Part shown: piece after piece, positions 29,040 through 38,571 of the stretch | Layout: every line of letters starts with the position of its first letter | How positions within the stretch are numbered: the first letter of the stretch is position 1 | Origin: an uncultured archaeon | GTDB lineage: Archaea; Micrarchaeota; Micrarchaeia; Anstonellales; Anstonellaceae | Length of the DNA stretch: 64,000 nucleotides | Assembly: GCA_902384555.1 (NCBI GenBank) | Contig: CABMCD010000024.1 | Coordinates: 15,615 to 79,614 of the forward strand | Direction: 5' to 3' | The notes under the pieces: model-generated | Told to the model about the DNA's origin: nothing | The model's database searches: none | What the model saw: the letters and a program-made list of their open reading frames with translations, nothing else | Made by a program: the position numbers and the translations under genes

Positions 29040-29130
29040 GCGGGCCGGACGTCTCCATGGCCACCGAGGCCCGTTCGAACCGCTCGGGCGGGAGCATATT
29101 GGTTTTAAACCACCTCTTCCTGACTGGCCC

Positions 29131-30498
29131 ATGCAAGCCGATGCGCGCTATGAGAAGGTGCTCAAAACCGTGCGCGCCCGCCTGCGCCCCCCCGCATCGG
29201 AGCTGGCCCTTCTCGCCGGCGTGCAGGAGCGCATCGTGGGGCGCCTGCGAAAGGCGGTGCCGGACGAGGTCGAAATCGGCACCATGGGCTCGGTGGCCAA
29301 GGGCACGGCGCTTCGGGGCAACCGCGAATTGGACATCTTCATTCTCATGCCCCGCCAGTGGGCCTTGGACGACATGCAGAAAAAAGGCCTGGCATGGGCG
29401 AAACAGGCCATGCGGGGCATCAAGACCGAATTGAATTATGCCCAGCACCCCTATCTCAAAGCGTATGTGGAGGGCGTCAAAATCGATTTGGTTCCCTCCT
29501 ACAAATTGCACAACATGGAGCGCTTGGGCTCGGCCGTGGACCGCTCGCAGCTGCACGCCGAGTGGGCGAACGCGCGGCTCAACGAGCGCCTGCGCGACGA
29601 CGTGAGGCTGCTCAAGCAGTTCTTCAAAGCCTTGGGCGTGTACGGGGCGCAGACGCGGGTGGAGGGCTTTTCGGGCTATTTGTGCGAGCTGCTCGTGATT
29701 CATTACGGCGGATTCGTGCCCGCCCTGCGCGCCATGGGAAGCTGGCGCATGCCGCATGCGCTGGACCCGCAGAAACACCACCAAGACGGCCATGCGCTCA
29801 AGCTCTTTCCCGGCGTTCCGCTGGTGGTGATTGACCCGGTGGACGCGCACCGCAACGTGGCAGCCGTGGTGTCGCGCACCTCGATGGCGCGCGCCATGCT
29901 GGCGGCGCGGGCCTTTTTGCAGAAACCGTCGGCTGAATTCTTTTTCCGAGAAAAAGAAGTACATTCGGCGGCGCGGCTGCGAAACATCATCCGCTCGCGC
30001 GGCACCTGCACCGTGCTGCTGTCCTTCCCAAGCCCCGACGAGGTGGAGGACGTGCTGTGGCCGCAGCTGCGCAAGACGGCGCAAAGCCTGCTGGCGCGCC
30101 TGGAGCGCGCCGAGTTCAGGCTGTTCGGCCACTATTTCTGGAGCGACGGCAAGCGCGCGCTCATCCTCTTCGAGATGATGGAGTCCGAACTGCCCGCCGT
30201 GCGCCGGGCGGGCGGGCCGCAGGTGTGGCTGGCCCGGGACGTGGAGGCGTTCATCAAGCGCCGCAAAGGGGCGGCCAATGTGCACGTGGAGCACGAGCGC
30301 CTGGTGGCCGTCGTGCGCCGGGAGCAGCGCACGCCGAAAGAGGTGCTGGAAGAGGCGCTCCAAAACCCCGCCAAACTGGGCATACCGGCCCCCTTCGCGC
30401 GCGCCATGCGCAAACGCAAGTGGGGCGCGGCGCTGGATTTGCTCAAAGACGCGGGCTTGCGCGAGGTCGCGTCGGATTATTTCAGCCGGCGTTTGTGA
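29131..30498 (+). CDS. cca: Archaeal class I CCA-adding enzyme
   Basis: GSVAKGT...LDIF, YAQHPY, DLVP, SAVDRS, GFSGYLCELL and DPVDAHRNVA. Confidence 0.96.
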   Translation: MQADARYEKVLKTVRARLRPPASELALLAGVQERIVGRLRKAVPDEVEIGTMGSVAKGTALRGNRELDIFILMPRQWALDDMQKKGLAWAKQAMRGIKTELNYAQHPYLKAYVEGVKIDLVPSYKLHNMERLGSAVDRSQLHAEWANARLNERLRDDVRLLKQFFKALGVYGAQTRVEGFSGYLCELLVIHYGGFVPALRAMGSWRMPHALDPQKHHQDGHALKLFPGVPLVVIDPVDAHRNVAAVVSRTSMARAMLAARAFLQKPSAEFFFREKEVHSAARLRNIIRSRGTCTVLLSFPSPDEVEDVLWPQLRKTAQSLLARLERAEFRLFGHYFWSDGKRALILFEMMESELPAVRRAGGPQVWLARDVEAFIKRRKGAANVHVEHERLVAVVRREQRTPKEVLEEALQNPAKLGIPAPFARAMRKRKWGAALDLLKDAGLREVASDYFSRRL

Positions 30499-30548
30499 CG
30501 AAATGTTTTTATATATCCGAAAATATCCAAGCTATGAGGCGATTCAAT

Positions 30549-31463
30549 ATGAAGATAGGTATCTGGGCGATGGGCGCGTTATTCGTCATGGTTCTTCTCG
30601 TGGGCATGGTGGCGGCGGATGATTCAGGCGTGATTTGCCCGCCCAGCAACCTCGGCTGCCCCTGTTCGGACGGAACGGCCTATTACAAGTGCTCCCAGAC
30701 GCAGCCCGGATATGCCTGCGTGGAGTCCGGCGGCAAGCACATGCTGGTGAACATGCTGGGCCCCGACGGCATCAAATCGCTCAAGAGCCAGTGCGCCTGC
30801 GCCAATTTCGCCGGATACAGCGAAGTGAACGGCCAATGCGTCAAGACCATCTGCACGGACGGCGGAAACACCCTGCAGAACGGCCAGTGCGGCTCCAGCA
30901 AGCCCAAACAGTGCCTGAACGGCAACATGATTGACAATTCCAGCGCCTGCGGCTGCGTCGCGGGCTACAACCCCAACCCCAACGGCAAGACCTGCGACCA
31001 GCGCATCGGCTGCCGCTGGAACACCTACACCTGCCCCACGGGACGGGAATGCAAATACGACTCCAAAAACAACAATGATGACGGCTCGTGCGTGAGCAAG
31101 TCCGGCTGCGTCAACAACAACCCCTCCTGCAACTGGAACGAGAACTGCGACACCTCCTCCGACGCCAACGGCGTGTGCAAGACCAAGCCCGGCTGCCAGT
31201 ACGGCAACCCCACCTGCGGCTCGGGCAAGGTGTGCAACCAGGTGACCGGCAACTGCGACTCGACCGGCTCGGCGGCCACGGTGCCGACCATCCCGGTGCA
31301 GGGCGGCAGTTCCGCGCCCTCGGCAACCACCAATTCCAGCAAGACGGCCGCGGCCGGCCCGCTGGGAAGCTTGAGCTGCTGCTGCCTGCCCGGCGCGGGC
31401 GCGGCGGCCATGGTGGGTTTGGCGAGCTACAGCCGCTTCAAGAAGAAGGATGAGGAGGAGTAA
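30549..31463 (+). CDS. Cys-rich secreted surface protein with C-terminal CCC-TM-charged tail
   Basis: Signal peptide, 26 Cys in the ectodomain, Ser/Thr linker, SCCCLPGAGAAAMVGLASYSRFKKKDEEE. Confidence 0.8.
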   Translation: MKIGIWAMGALFVMVLLVGMVAADDSGVICPPSNLGCPCSDGTAYYKCSQTQPGYACVESGGKHMLVNMLGPDGIKSLKSQCACANFAGYSEVNGQCVKTICTDGGNTLQNGQCGSSKPKQCLNGNMIDNSSACGCVAGYNPNPNGKTCDQRIGCRWNTYTCPTGRECKYDSKNNNDDGSCVSKSGCVNNNPSCNWNENCDTSSDANGVCKTKPGCQYGNPTCGSGKVCNQVTGNCDSTGSAATVPTIPVQGGSSAPSATTNSSKTAAAGPLGSLSCCCLPGAGAAAMVGLASYSRFKKKDEEE

Positions 31464-31506
31464 GCACTCCCCTCGCGCCTTTTTTTTTCGTTTTTATTTT
31501 TTCAAA

Positions 31507-34143
31507 TCAGATTATTTTTCCTCTCGCGATTTGAGCGGAGCCGCCGCCCTTGGCGCCTTTTGATTTGAGGATTTCGAGCGCATTTTCCGAAGAGCCGGCC
31601 GGAACGGCCACAACCACGAACTTTTCGCTGGTCGACAGCACCGCCACCAATCCATTCTTGGCGATTTCGCCGGCCGCCCAGTCGGCCGTCTTGGTGGACC
31701 AGGGGAGATTGGGGAGGTCCACGATGCGCTGGCCGCCCTTTTTGGCTTTCTCCGCTTCTTCGGCCACCACGGCGCGCGCGACCTGCTCGCTCATTTTCTC
31801 CAATTGCTTGCCTCTTTCTTTCCACTCTTCAAAGAAGCGCGATACGGAGACCGGCAGCTGGTTTTCGGGCACGCCGAGGCCGGAGGCCATGCCCTTGATC
31901 ATCTTCTCGCGCTCCTGCACATAGGAAACGGCCGCCAAGTAGCACTTGAACGACACGCGCTCGACGCCGTCCTGCACCGATTCGCGCTTCACCACCTTGA
32001 ACATGCCGATGTCGCCGGTGCGGTCCACGTGGGTGCCGCCGCAGGCCTGGTGGTCGAGCTCGTCGATGGAAATGATGCGCAAATTCAGGCCCGGCACCGC
32101 GCCGCCCTGATAGATGCGGAAGCCGAATTTGGCCTCGGCCTCTGCGCGGGGATAGACCTTCTTGTGCACCGGCAGATTGGCGAAAATAATCTGGTTGGCG
32201 CGCCGCTCAATCGCTTCGAGCTCCTCGTCAGTTATGCGCTTGTAGTGAGTTAAGTCAAGGTGCGCCTTGTGCTCGTCCTTATACGAGCCGCACTGCCAGA
32301 CGTGCATGCCCAAGACGTCGCGCGCGGCGGCATTCAAGACGTGCGCGCCGGTGTGATGCGCCGCGATTTGGCGGCGGCGGTCGGCATGGACCGAGCCCTC
32401 GACGGCCTGCCCGGCGGCGAATTTTTCGGGGTGGGCCACCTTGTGCAAAATGACGCCGGCCTCTTTCTTGATTTCCAGCACTTCCTGCCCGCCCAGACTG
32501 CCGGTGTCGGACACCTGCCCGCCGGACTCGGCATAGAAGCCGGTGCGGTCCAGAATCACGTAACCATGGCGCACGTCCAGCACTTTGGAGGCAAAGCTGA
32601 AGACGTTGTCATAGAAGAGCGTCTCGGTCTTGGGCAGGCCGGACACGTCGAAGACGGCTTTTTTGGGCGCCTCCTCGTCCGCGTGGCGGATGCGCGAGTA
32701 GAAGTCGTCCGGAACCGAGAGGGGGACGCCCTGCGCGGCGGCCACCTGCTCCACCATCTGCGGCGGGATGCCGTCCGACACATAAAGCGTGGTGAGTTCG
32801 GGAAGGGAGATGGGCTTGCCGGACTGGGCCGCTTTCTGAATCAGGTTGGCCACCTTGCCCTTCGCTTTCTCCTGCGTGGCGCGGTATTTCACCAGCTCCT
32901 CGGCCACCACGTCGGAGGCGGTTTGCACGCCCTCGGAGAGGTAGGGGAAGAGGGGCTTGAGGTGCTGGGCATGGCCCTCCAGAATCGAGCCCCAGTCCAG
33001 ATTCCAGTGGTACTGGTCGGCAAACCCGAACGCGCGGCGCAGAATCAGGCGCAAATTGTAGCCGCCGCCCGCGTTGGAGGGCAGCTGGCCGTCGGTAATC
33101 GTGAAGAGGTTGGTGGAAAGGTGGTCCGCAATCGCATAGAGGGCGAACTGCTCGCGCAGGGAGTGGAAAAACTTCTGGCGGTCGACACCCAGCTTGCGGG
33201 CGATTTCGGCCTCGGCGCCGGCCACGGTGCGCCCCTCTTCGGCATCCAATTGGCCCGACAGTTTGGCGTAGCCCTCGAACAATTTGGGGTCGAGGCGCAC
33301 GCCGGACTGGCTCTTGAGCTTGTCGATGACCGGGCCGAACACCAGCTCATAGGAGGTGGGCGTGCCATGGCCAATCCACGAGAGGCGGGCGAGGCCCGCG
33401 CCCATGTCAATCACTTTGGTGGCCAGCTCGCGGCTGGAGCCGTCGGGCAGCACCTCGTATTGCATAAAGACGCAGTTGCCCAATTCGAGGCCGCGGCAGA
33501 AGTATTCGATGCAGGGGCCGTAGTTGCCGCCCCCCATCCAGACGTCCTCCTTGAAGACGAATTCCTCCTCCGGCAGGCCCAAGGCCTTGAGATAGGCGAT
33601 GTCGTGCGAGAGCGCCTCGTTCTTCCAGTAGAACAGCCCCGTTTTTTGGGTGTTGAAGGCGTGCTGGCCGAACATCACGAAGTTGGTGTAGTGCCGCCCC
33701 GTCACGCCGACGTTGGTGAGGTCGCCGAAGCGGATGCACGTTTGAGGCACGATGAGCGGATTGGCCGGCGGCGGCATCTCGCCCGACACCACGTAGGGCT
33801 GAAAATCTGAGATGGAGGCGATGGTGAAATAGAGGTCGTCGCGCCAGCGCGCCACGGTGGGGTAGGCGGGCAGCGAGGTGTGCCCCTGCTTGGTGAAGTA
33901 TTTCTCAATCTCGCGCCAGGTCTCGACATAGGAGAGCTTCTTCTGGCTCGCCGGATTGCCGATGAATTCGTAGCCGATGCAGGCCGAGTCGGCGCAGTGG
34001 GTGCGCGGCTGCAGCGACCAGAAGTGGGTGCCGCAGGACTGGCACTTTTGGCGGCGGTAGCCCCTATCGCGCAGGACGGGCACGTCGTAGTGCTTCTGCC
34101 AGTCTTGGGCGAATTGGGCGCGCAGCTGCTGCTTGTCGACCAT
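31507..34143 (-). CDS. alaS: Alanine--tRNA ligase (archaeal type)
   Basis: ARWRDDLYFTIASISDFQP, GVTGRHYT, editing HHTGAH and QACGGTH, GGGS C-terminus. Confidence 0.97.
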   Translation of the reverse strand: MVDKQQLRAQFAQDWQKHYDVPVLRDRGYRRQKCQSCGTHFWSLQPRTHCADSACIGYEFIGNPASQKKLSYVETWREIEKYFTKQGHTSLPAYPTVARWRDDLYFTIASISDFQPYVVSGEMPPPANPLIVPQTCIRFGDLTNVGVTGRHYTNFVMFGQHAFNTQKTGLFYWKNEALSHDIAYLKALGLPEEEFVFKEDVWMGGGNYGPCIEYFCRGLELGNCVFMQYEVLPDGSSRELATKVIDMGAGLARLSWIGHGTPTSYELVFGPVIDKLKSQSGVRLDPKLFEGYAKLSGQLDAEEGRTVAGAEAEIARKLGVDRQKFFHSLREQFALYAIADHLSTNLFTITDGQLPSNAGGGYNLRLILRRAFGFADQYHWNLDWGSILEGHAQHLKPLFPYLSEGVQTASDVVAEELVKYRATQEKAKGKVANLIQKAAQSGKPISLPELTTLYVSDGIPPQMVEQVAAAQGVPLSVPDDFYSRIRHADEEAPKKAVFDVSGLPKTETLFYDNVFSFASKVLDVRHGYVILDRTGFYAESGGQVSDTGSLGGQEVLEIKKEAGVILHKVAHPEKFAAGQAVEGSVHADRRRQIAAHHTGAHVLNAAARDVLGMHVWQCGSYKDEHKAHLDLTHYKRITDEELEAIERRANQIIFANLPVHKKVYPRAEAEAKFGFRIYQGGAVPGLNLRIISIDELDHQACGGTHVDRTGDIGMFKVVKRESVQDGVERVSFKCYLAAVSYVQEREKMIKGMASGLGVPENQLPVSVSRFFEEWKERGKQLEKMSEQVARAVVAEEAEKAKKGGQRIVDLPNLPWSTKTADWAAGEIAKNGLVAVLSTSEKFVVVAVPAGSSENALEILKSKGAKGGGSAQIARGKII

Positions 34144-34195
34144 GGGAGAGGCATAGGTGAGGAGATTTAAAAACATGAAGCGCCATTTGAGAATA

Positions 34196-34423
34196 ATGAG
34201 CGGGCTTGCACAGTCGGGCGGAATCTTTGGAGCGAAGCTCCTGCGCGAGAATAAGGACAAACAAAAAAAGAAAACGCCCGCCGACCCTCAGACGCCCACC
34301 ACATTCTGGAGCCGCATGAAGCACCGCTTGGAACAGCACCGGCGCAAAAAAGAGCTCGAGAAGCAGAAGGAGGATGTGAAAGACAAACCGGTGGCTACCA
34401 TGAAAGAGGACGGCACGTTCTGA
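34196..34423 (+). CDS. Small basic hypothetical protein
   Basis: 75-aa Lys-rich ORF with TTTAAA about 25 nt upstream. Confidence 0.45.
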   Translation: MSGLAQSGGIFGAKLLRENKDKQKKKTPADPQTPTTFWSRMKHRLEQHRRKKELEKQKEDVKDKPVATMKEDGTF

Positions 34424-34537
34424 AGTGGCGCGCCCTTATTTTTCGCCAAAACAGGCAAATGGGCCAAGTACGCCCATGCTGGGATTCGCATTCCGTGAGT
34501 TCAACGCCCGTGGCTTGGAATTCGAACCGAAAAAAGA

Positions 34538-34610
34538 TGGATCCGGAGCGAATCGAACGCTCAGTCTCCGCTGTGTGAGAGCGGCGTGTTAACCATTCCA
34601 CCACGGATCC
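34538..34610 (-). tRNA. tRNA-Val(CAC)
   Basis: GGATCCG acceptor, CCGCT-CTCACAC-AGCGG anticodon arm. Confidence 0.93.
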
Positions 34611-34619
34611 ACTGATGCT

Positions 34620-34694
34620 TGCTCCCAACGGGATTTGAACCCGTGTTACCGGATTGAGAGTCCGACGTCCTTGACCGGGCTAGACTATGGGAGC
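34620..34694 (-). tRNA. tRNA-Glu(CTC)
   Basis: GCTCCCA acceptor, TCGGA-CTCTCAA-TCCGG anticodon arm; tandem with tRNA-Val. Confidence 0.94.
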
Positions 34695-34775
34695 CGGGCA
34701 TCTCTCTTTAGCCGTCTGAGTTTTTAAACCATTTTATGGAGTGGTTTTATTCCTTGCCGCCCCCCAGCCAAAGCC

Positions 34776-34919
34776 ATGGACCCCAATGCCCTGCTGGGCG
34801 TGCTCGGCTTTTTCTATGACCACTGGCCCACGCTGCTCGTTCTCCTGTGCGTGGCCACGATAGCGGGCTACCTCATCGGCAAAAGAAAGAACGGCACGTT
34901 TACGGGCCGATGGATTTAG
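34776..34919 (+). CDS. 47-aa single-TM microprotein (not in ORF track)
   Basis: Manual translation MDPNALLGVLGFFYDHWPTLLVLLCVATIAGYLIGKRKNGTFTGRWI shows a TM followed by KRK. Confidence 0.55.
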   Translation: MDPNALLGVLGFFYDHWPTLLVLLCVATIAGYLIGKRKNGTFTGRWI

Positions 34920-35000
34920 GCAAAAGCGGCCCGGTCTGCCGGCGGCTGGGGAAAAGACGGACAACATGCGCCCCCGCCACGGCGGGCCGATTGATATATA

Positions 35001-35022
35001 AATACACAAGCATATGTTTATT
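35001..35022. promoter_or_regulatory. Putative ArsR/SmtB operator next to the TATA box of the cbi operon
   Basis: Imperfect inverted repeat AATACACAAGCATATGTTTATT overlapping TATATAAATA. Confidence 0.45.
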
Positions 35023-35033
35023 CGTTGATATTC

Positions 35034-35342
35034 GTGCCCAAACACAGCAAAACCCCGCCGCTGGCCCCGATGTCCGACGTGTTCAAGCAGCTCTCCGACC
35101 AGTCGCGCCTCGCGGTGCTGCACGCGCTGTGGGACCACCCGCATTTCGTGAGCCAGATTTGCCAGCAGACCGGCCTCTCCCAGCCCAACGTCTCGCACCA
35201 TCTGGCGCAGCTCAAGAGTTTGGGGCTGGTGAAGGCCGAGAAGCAGGGCCAGAAGGTATTGTATTCGATTGCCGACTCGCACGTGTTCTCCATTCTCACC
35301 GAATGCCGCGAGCACGTCGAGCAGGGCGTAAGGCTGGATTAG
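35034..35342 (+). CDS. ArsR/SmtB metalloregulator
   Basis: FKQLSDQSRL, LSQPNVSHHLAQL, YSIADSHV...EHVE alpha5 site; start uncertain (35025/35034/35070). Confidence 0.9.
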   Translation: MPKHSKTPPLAPMSDVFKQLSDQSRLAVLHALWDHPHFVSQICQQTGLSQPNVSHHLAQLKSLGLVKAEKQGQKVLYSIADSHVFSILTECREHVEQGVRLD

Positions 35343-35374
35343 AAGGAAAAACAAAGACTAGAGGACTGACTGTC

Positions 35375-36070
35375 ATGCACATTATGGAAGGATTTTTGCC
35401 CCCCTTCTGGGCGGCATTCTGGTACGCGCTCTGCATCCCCTTCTGGATTTGGGGCGCGCTGCAGGTGAAGAAGATATTCAAGGAGCACCCGGAGCAGAAG
35501 CTCATTTTGGCCGTATCGGGCGCGTTCATTTTCGTGCTCTCCTCGCTCAAACTTCCCTCGGTGACCGGCTCGTCGAGCCACCCGACCGGCACCGGCCTGT
35601 CGGCCATGCTCTTCGGCTTCTCCGTCACCGCGATTCTCTCCACCATCGTGCTGGTCTTCCAGGCGCTGCTCTTGGCGCACGGCGGCATCACCACGCTGGG
35701 AGCCGACGTGTTCTCGATGGGCATCGTGGGCCCGGCCGTGGGCTATTACACCTACCGCGTCCTGCGCGGCCTTAAGGTGAGCCTGCCCATGACCGCGTTC
35801 GTGGTGGCGGTGCTGGCGGACTGGGCCACCTATCTGGTCACCTCCCTGCAACTGGCGCTGGCCTTCCCCGGAGACAATTTGATGCACGCCTATATGGTGT
35901 TCGCCGGCGTGTTCGCCATCACCCAAATCCCGATTGCAATCGGCGAGGGCATCCTGATTTGGATGTTCTTCGACTTTTTGCTCAAAAGCCGCCCCAAGCT
36001 TATTCACCAGCTCTTGGGCATGAAAACGCAAGCCGGCGCGGGGCAGAAACAGGCGGAGGCGGGCGCATGA
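35375..36070 (+). CDS. cbiM: ECF cobalt transporter substrate component CbiM
   Basis: Invariant N-terminal MHIMEGFLP; GSSSHPTG; LLAHGGITTLG. Confidence 0.95.
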   Translation: MHIMEGFLPPFWAAFWYALCIPFWIWGALQVKKIFKEHPEQKLILAVSGAFIFVLSSLKLPSVTGSSSHPTGTGLSAMLFGFSVTAILSTIVLVFQALLLAHGGITTLGADVFSMGIVGPAVGYYTYRVLRGLKVSLPMTAFVVAVLADWATYLVTSLQLALAFPGDNLMHAYMVFAGVFAITQIPIAIGEGILIWMFFDFLLKSRPKLIHQLLGMKTQAGAGQKQAEAGA

Positions 36071-36369
36071 AGGACTGGCAGAAATACCTCCTGGCGCTGG
36101 CCGTAGTGGTGGCCATCTTCGCCATTCCCTTCGTCGTGAACGGCTCGGCCAAGTTCGGCGGGGCGGATATGGCCGGCTCAGCCGCGATTGAGCAACAGCA
36201 GCCCGGCTATCAGCGCTGGGTGGTGCCGCTCTGGACGCCGCCGCCCGAAACCGAGTCCATGCTCTTTGCCCTGCAGGCCGCCATCGGCGGCAGCATCATC
36301 GGCTATTTTGTCGGCCATGAGCGGGCGAGAATGGAAATGGAGAGAAAGGGAGCAAAGAAGGCCGAGTAG
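36067..36369 (+). CDS. cbiN: Cobalt transport protein CbiN
   Basis: FGGAD...PLWTPPPETESMLFALQAAIG. Confidence 0.92.
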   Translation: MKDWQKYLLALAVVVAIFAIPFVVNGSAKFGGADMAGSAAIEQQQPGYQRWVVPLWTPPPETESMLFALQAAIGGSIIGYFVGHERARMEMERKGAKKAE

Positions 36370-36387
36370 GCGGCGAGGCGTTTGTTC

Positions 36388-37215
36388 ATGTTCGCGATTG
36401 ATGAGATGGCATACCGAAGCCCCCTGCGGGCGTGGCCCCCCTTGGGCAAGCTGCTGCTGGCCCTCGCGCTCCTGTTGGGCTCGCTCTTTTCGCCCACCCC
36501 GCTGGTGCCGCTCATCGTGCTGGCCATAGGGCTGGCGCTGCTGTGGCTTTCCTGCAAACTCAAACTGCCCGACATCATGGCCCTCGCCTGCATTGAGACG
36601 CTGCTCATGCTGTTCATTTCAGTACTCATCATCACCCTCATCATGCCCGGCGAGACGGTGTGGCAGATGAATGTGGGCGGCATCCCGCTGCTCGGCCCGG
36701 CCGCAGGTGCGCTGGCCGGCCCGGGCGGCCTGACGCTGAAAATAACGCACGAGGGGCTCAACCTCGCCATTTTGCTCATGGTGCGGGCCATGGCCGGATT
36801 CGTGGTGCTGCTCTTCTTTGCCTCCTCCACGCCCCTGCCGCATTTGTTTTTCGCCATGCGCCAAATCGGCCTGCCCAGCTATCTGGCCGAGCTGGTGGTG
36901 CTGGTCTATCGCTATTCGTTCATGCTGCTGGAACAGATGCAGCAGATGGCCACGGCGGCCGACTGCCGCCTTGGCTTTGGCGGGCTGCGCCGCAGCCTGC
37001 GCACCACGGGCACCCTGATTGCCGGCCTCTTCGGCCGCTCGATGGATTTCGCCGACCGGGCGCAGGCCGCGCTGGCCTGCCGCAATTTCCGCGGCGAGTT
37101 CATGCCCTTCCGCACGCCGGCCGGCCTCACGGCCCGCTGGGTGGCCGGCCCGCTGCTGGTGCTGGCCGTTCTGGTGCTCATCGGACAGCAGTTCCCCCAT
37201 GTGCTGGTGATTTAG
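36388..37215 (+). CDS. cbiQ: ECF transmembrane component CbiQ
   Basis: STPL..LF, LVYRY, CRLG and CRNF X-R-X motifs. Confidence 0.92.
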   Translation: MFAIDEMAYRSPLRAWPPLGKLLLALALLLGSLFSPTPLVPLIVLAIGLALLWLSCKLKLPDIMALACIETLLMLFISVLIITLIMPGETVWQMNVGGIPLLGPAAGALAGPGGLTLKITHEGLNLAILLMVRAMAGFVVLLFFASSTPLPHLFFAMRQIGLPSYLAELVVLVYRYSFMLLEQMQQMATAADCRLGFGGLRRSLRTTGTLIAGLFGRSMDFADRAQAALACRNFRGEFMPFRTPAGLTARWVAGPLLVLAVLVLIGQQFPHVLVI

Positions 37216-38418
37216 ATGCAAGAAAAAACCGACTCCATCCTCTCGACGCGCGGACTGGGCTTTTCCTATGGAAACGGCAAACCCGCGCTGTCCGATGTCA
37301 CGCTCGACATTCCCAAAGGCAAGAAGACCGTATTTCTGGGCCCCAACGGCTCGGGCAAAAGCACGCTGTTTCTGCATTTCAACGGCGTGAACAGGCCGGA
37401 CTCGGGCGAAGTGGTGTTTGAGGGAAAGGCCGTGAAATACGATGCCGCCAGCCTCGCCGCCCTGCGCTCGGCCGTGTCGGTGGTGTTCCAAAACCCCGAC
37501 GACCAGATTTTCTCGGCCACCGTGGAGGAGGACGTGGCCTTCGGCCCGCTCAACGCCGGCCTGCCCAACGAGGAGATTGAGAAGCGGGTGGAGGAAGCCC
37601 TGCGCATGGTGGGGTTGGAGGAATTCGGCGAGCGGCCCACCCAGCAGCTGTCTTTCGGGCAGAGGAAGAGGGTGTCGATTGCCGGCGCGCTGGCCATGCG
37701 CCCCTCGCTTCTGGTGATGGACGAGCCCACGGCCGGCCTCGACCCGCAGATGGTGCACGAGCTGCTGGAAATGGCGGACGAGTTCAACAGCCGCGGCACC
37801 ACGGTGGTGATTTCCACCCATGATGTTGAAACCGCCTACGAGTGGGCGGACGAGGTGCGCGGCCTGCATCAGGGCAGGCTGGTGTTTTCCGGCCAGCCCG
37901 AGGAATTCTTTGACCGCGAGGATAGGCTGCTGCACGAGATGGGCCTGACTCCGCCCACCGTGCTCTCACTCAACCGCTCGCTGCACCAGCTCAAGGGCAC
38001 CAGCCTGACGCCCTATCCGCGCACGCTCTCGGAAGCCGTGCACAAGGCGTTCCCTGAGAAAAAGCACAAGGCCGGGCGGCTGATTGTCAAATGCGTGGAC
38101 GAGCGCATGGAGGGCGGCGCCGCTTCGGGCGGGCCGGGTTTGCCCCGCACGCCGCACAACCGCTCCGGCATCTACGGCTCGCTGGCGCGCCGCTTGGCGC
38201 AGGAGGGCAAACTGGACGTGCATTACCGCTTCCATGCGCTGGAAAGCGGACTGATGGAGGCGGCCGAAGGGCAGGACTTTGTCCTCTATACCGACACGGC
38301 CCTCTGCTCGCTGGCGGAAGAGAAGGCGAAAAGGCTGGAGCGCAATGCGGGCGTCAAAGTGGCTATTGTGCATGAGCATGAGGAAGAGGGAACGGGCGGG
38401 CCGGAAAAAGAGGGGTGA
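37216..38418 (+). CDS. cbiO: ECF ATPase CbiO with C-terminal extension
   Basis: GPNGSGKST, FQNPDDQIF, LSFGQRKR and DEPTAGLD; about 120 extra C-terminal residues. Confidence 0.93.
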   Translation: MQEKTDSILSTRGLGFSYGNGKPALSDVTLDIPKGKKTVFLGPNGSGKSTLFLHFNGVNRPDSGEVVFEGKAVKYDAASLAALRSAVSVVFQNPDDQIFSATVEEDVAFGPLNAGLPNEEIEKRVEEALRMVGLEEFGERPTQQLSFGQRKRVSIAGALAMRPSLLVMDEPTAGLDPQMVHELLEMADEFNSRGTTVVISTHDVETAYEWADEVRGLHQGRLVFSGQPEEFFDREDRLLHEMGLTPPTVLSLNRSLHQLKGTSLTPYPRTLSEAVHKAFPEKKHKAGRLIVKCVDERMEGGAASGGPGLPRTPHNRSGIYGSLARRLAQEGKLDVHYRFHALESGLMEAAEGQDFVLYTDTALCSLAEEKAKRLERNAGVKVAIVHEHEEEGTGGPEKEG

Positions 38419-38422
38419 GCCC

Positions 38423-38554
38423 ATGGCCTTGGATTCGGACAAAGTCTCCTGCCCGCACTGCGGCGCGCTGGTGGAGCCCAAAGAGTCGGATACGCCGGCC
38501 GGCACGCTGCTGATTTGCCCGGAATGCTACAAGCTGATTGCAAGAAAGGATTAG
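38423..38554 (+). CDS. 43-aa zinc-ribbon microprotein
   Basis: CPHCG...CPEC; GGGGTG SD. Confidence 0.7.
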   Translation: MALDSDKVSCPHCGALVEPKESDTPAGTLLICPECYKLIARKD

Positions 38555-38571
38555 TCGACCCGCGAGGCTCG

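Noticed and set aside
29045-29100. GTTCGAACC T-loop-like word between thpR and cca
   Set aside because: No acceptor, D or anticodon arms can be built around it.
28960-29130. Long N-terminal extensions in the ORF track (cca here; likewise ahcY, alaS, tuf, cbiM, ABC permease)
   Set aside because: They arise from upstream in-frame alternative starts; SD or TATA positions and family N-termini support the shorter starts used.
34920-35374. Cobalamin riboswitch before cbiM
   Set aside because: The space is occupied by the ArsR gene and its promoter, and no B12-box was recognised.
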